DNA of 64,000 bases from Candidatus Latescibacterota bacterium (GTDB lineage Bacteria > Latescibacterota > UBA2968 > GCA-2709665): the NCBI GenBank assembly GCA_965219995.1, contig CBDCOX010000002.1, positions 4,640,001 through 4,704,000 on the forward strand, read 5' to 3'. The position numbers and the translations under genes were made by a program. The notes under the pieces were generated by a model that searched no databases, had not been told where the DNA came from, and worked only from the letters and a program-made list of their open reading frames with translations. Shown here piece after piece: positions 61,359-64,000 of this stretch (its first letter is position 1; every line of letters begins with the position of its first letter).

Positions 61359-61482
61359 GTAGGGGCAGGTTTCAAACCTGCCTCCTGTTCCTCGCGTACC
61401 GAAGCGTGGTCATTGAGCTTGTCGAAATGCCCGCGCTTCGCTACCCTTCGCCGACCCTTCGACAAGCTCAGGGAGCGGCTGA
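61359..61482. repeat. Cluster of REP-like elements
   Basis: GTAGGGGCAGGTTTCAAACCTGCC, then the reverse complement of the CCCTGAGC/TTCGACAAGCTCAATGACCACGC composite seen at 16948-17076. Confidence 0.8.
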
Positions 61483-61599
61483 TGGTATCGCCGTTTGGAA
61501 TTGCAGCGGTTTTGCTGCCAAAACTGCCCCTACATTGACGGGCGCATTCCTCGGACCACGTTACGCCGCATTATTCCCTTACCAAAGAGGATTTCCAAT

Positions 61600-64000
61600 A
61601 TGATTCAGGTTCTGCGCGAGGAGCACCCCCGGCTGTATCGCCCTGCCGAAGATCCGCAATACAGGTTCGATCCGCCGAAGGATGCGGCGCGAAAGCGAAT
61701 TCTGGAAAACATCCTCGCGGACTGCGAGCTCTACTATCCCCAACGGCCGTGGAAACGGATTCCCGAGCGGCCCGACAGCCCTCATCCGTATCATCAACTG
61801 TATCTCACGTTCTATACAGGGATGCACGCCACAGCACTGATGGAGCACTATGCATTCGCGTGGCGGCTGACCGGTGATCCGCGCTGGCTGAAACGGGCGC
61901 GAGACTGGTTGCGGGCGGCGGCGGAATGGGAACACAGCGACCGGGTTGAGCAGCACTTCTATACGGCAAACAGGTACATGCAGGCTTTTGCGCTGGCGCT
62001 GGACCTGCTGGACGATGTGCTGCCGGACGAGGAGAAAGCACGGGCGACCGTGTGCCTGGTCCGGCTGATGGAGAGATGGTGGCCGGACGTGGAACGGTCC
62101 AGGTATTCGTCGGATGGACGACACCACGCCGTGGTGGACAACGGGCATTTCGGCGTGGCCGCGCTGCACCTTCTTGGAAAACACCCCGACGCCGAATCCT
62201 GGGTGTCTGCCGTCGTCGACCGGTTTCGCAGCGGGGTCATGCCCCATGGGTGCGGACGGGACGGCGAACCCGGGGACGGACCCTCGTTCTGGCCATGGGA
62301 GAACCTGTGGATGCTGCACTTCGCCGACGCGCTGAAGAACGTGACCGGCGAAGACCTCTACCGGGAGTTTCCAAAGCGGCTGGAACGTCCCCTGAAGTGG
62401 TTCCGGTATCATCTGGCGCCGCCGGAAGTGATCGAAGACAGGCTGTACTATCCCGAAAATGCGAACGTGATTTCAGGGAGCCAGCTCGATGCCTGTTCGG
62501 TCACCCTGCTGCGGCTGGCGCAGGAGGCGGGCGACGCCGGTCTGCGGCAGGTCGCGCTGAGCGACCCGCGACTCGGAAGACTCTACCGGTTCGGCATGGG
62601 CGTGAAGGGGACGTCGGCGGAGTGTATGGTGGCCTACGGCCCGTACGCCTATTGCTATTGCGAACCTGCGTTCCGGCCGTCGCGGCGTCGTACGGTTTCG
62701 TTGCCGCTCTCCAGGACGTTCCTCCGGGCGCACTACGGAGAAGTGGGCATGCTGCGGACCGCGTGGGACCGAAGCGCCGTCGTCGCCTGTGTGGCCGGAT
62801 ACAAGGGCGGGGGGGCGCACGGTTTCATGAACCTCCACGTGCAGTGGGCAGGATTTCCGGTGTTGCGGTCGATATCCGCGGAGGAGGCGCAGCCCGTGGC
62901 CTGCGGAAGCCTTCCCGTGGCGGGCGGGCAGAACGAGATCGTTGCCTTTCTGAGGCGGCTGAATTCCGGGGCCCGGTTCGACCGGCTGCGGGTCAGGTCC
63001 ATCCGAACGGACCATGAATACTGGCTGCTGACGGGTGCCTCTCCGGTCCTGGTGACCGCCCTGAGGCGCCGGCGCCGCGGCGTGAAGCTGATGCGCAAAC
63101 GGGACGAAGTCTTCGCCCGATTGAACGGACGGGACTATCTGCAGTACGAGCGCGAGGCACACTTCAATCCCAGGGCCGGCGAATTGAGGATGCGTTTCCG
63201 TCTGAACGGCGAGGTCCCGCAGGACGGTCCGAGGGTTCTGTTCAACACCGGGATCGGCGTTGGGCGAGTCATGGGAAGCCGGGTGAACAACTACTCGCTG
63301 GCGGTCATGGATGGAAATGCGTTGACGTTTGTCGTACAGAGCCAGCGGAACACCTCGGTGGAGGTGGTGTCGCCGGTGAAGATCGAACCCGACAGGTGGC
63401 ACGACGTCGCAATTCGATGGGGCGGTTTCAACCGAAAGGGAGACAGTCCGTTCATCGAGATCGAAGTCGACGGCCGGCGGGACCGGTGCGACGATCCCGC
63501 GGTCTTCGGGGAACTGGGGGTGGATTCGCAAAACCTGGAGTCGCGTTCGGAACCCAGGACGTTCTATATCAAGTCGAATACCGTGCTGGCCTTCGGGGGC
63601 GCGGTGCAAATGCCGGGGACCGGGGTGAAGTGCGACCTCGCTTCGGTGGACCTGAAATGTCCCGGACGCAGGCGGTTGCGTCCGGATTTCGAGACCGACA
63701 TGGGGCCGGAAACCGGAAGCGGCGCGCTGGGATGGAAGCTGAATCCGGTGGATCTGCACGACGTCGATTCCGACCTGGCGCGGTTCGGCGCGGGGGAGCG
63801 GACGATCGACGTGCTGCCGCTCTATGGTGACGACTTCCGCTTCGAACGGGAAGAGGTCCCGTTCGCGCCCGCGGGCCTCGCTGCAGGAAGCCTGAAGAGC
63901 TTCATTAAAGGGTCACGGGGACCGAACACGCGCGTACGTCTGTCCACCCCCGGAGACGTCCTGGTTTTCGCCTTCGCGGAGCACAATGGGAACACCCACG
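61600..64000 (+). CDS. Heparinase II/III / DUF4962-like polysaccharide lyase family protein with LamG-like domain, runs off the window end
   Basis: Not in ORF track. AGAGG RBS; open frame from ATG 61600 to the end: MIQVLREEHPRLY...AFAWRLTGDPRWLKRARDWL...DGEPGDGPSFW...EPDRWHDVAIRWG. Confidence 0.65.
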   Translation, partial: MIQVLREEHPRLYRPAEDPQYRFDPPKDAARKRILENILADCELYYPQRPWKRIPERPDSPHPYHQLYLTFYTGMHATALMEHYAFAWRLTGDPRWLKRARDWLRAAAEWEHSDRVEQHFYTANRYMQAFALALDLLDDVLPDEEKARATVCLVRLMERWWPDVERSRYSSDGRHHAVVDNGHFGVAALHLLGKHPDAESWVSAVVDRFRSGVMPHGCGRDGEPGDGPSFWPWENLWMLHFADALKNVTGEDLYREFPKRLERPLKWFRYHLAPPEVIEDRLYYPENANVISGSQLDACSVTLLRLAQEAGDAGLRQVALSDPRLGRLYRFGMGVKGTSAECMVAYGPYAYCYCEPAFRPSRRRTVSLPLSRTFLRAHYGEVGMLRTAWDRSAVVACVAGYKGGGAHGFMNLHVQWAGFPVLRSISAEEAQPVACGSLPVAGGQNEIVAFLRRLNSGARFDRLRVRSIRTDHEYWLLTGASPVLVTALRRRRRGVKLMRKRDEVFARLNGRDYLQYEREAHFNPRAGELRMRFRLNGEVPQDGPRVLFNTGIGVGRVMGSRVNNYSLAVMDGNALTFVVQSQRNTSVEVVSPVKIEPDRWHDVAIRWGGFNRKGDSPFIEIEVDGRRDRCDDPAVFGELGVDSQNLESRSEPRTFYIKSNTVLAFGGAVQMPGTGVKCDLASVDLKCPGRRRLRPDFETDMGPETGSGALGWKLNPVDLHDVDSDLARFGAGERTIDVLPLYGDDFRFEREEVPFAPAGLAAGSLKSFIKGSRGPNTRVRLSTPGDVLVFAFAEHNGNTH

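Overview
High-GC bacterial chromosomal window with no phage, CRISPR array, rRNA or tRNA visible. It holds housekeeping genes (tsaC/sua5, thrB, hemW, lepB, lepA, lon, rsgA, two lolC/E-type permeases, mutY, aroC, mtnA, rsfS, carA, pyrC) and many accessory catabolic enzymes (Gfo/Idh/MocA, enolase-superfamily, sulfatase, ceramidase-like, heparinase-like, amidohydrolases). A 1576-aa NHL/FG-GAP surface protein with a C-terminal dockerin-like module suggests a Latescibacterota/Gemmatimonadota-like, possibly host-associated organism (inference only). The ORF track misses several genes: a SelW/Rdx-type selenoprotein with an in-frame UGA (CxxU) and a SECIS-like hairpin (28888-29124, -), a 54-aa membrane protein, and the two window-edge genes. 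phoX is flanked by an intact MNT-HEPN fusion and a paralog whose MNT domain was deleted at an 8-bp microhomology. The intergenic DNA is filled with several unrelated, gene-less repeat families: a modular heptamer-repeat/structured-spacer element (4 copies), a GGA-rich 9-mer motif found just after stop codons in the sense orientation (5 of 5 copies), self-nested REP-like hairpins within a ~450-bp tandem duplication, and a 160-bp MITE with TIRs and an ATAG target duplication.
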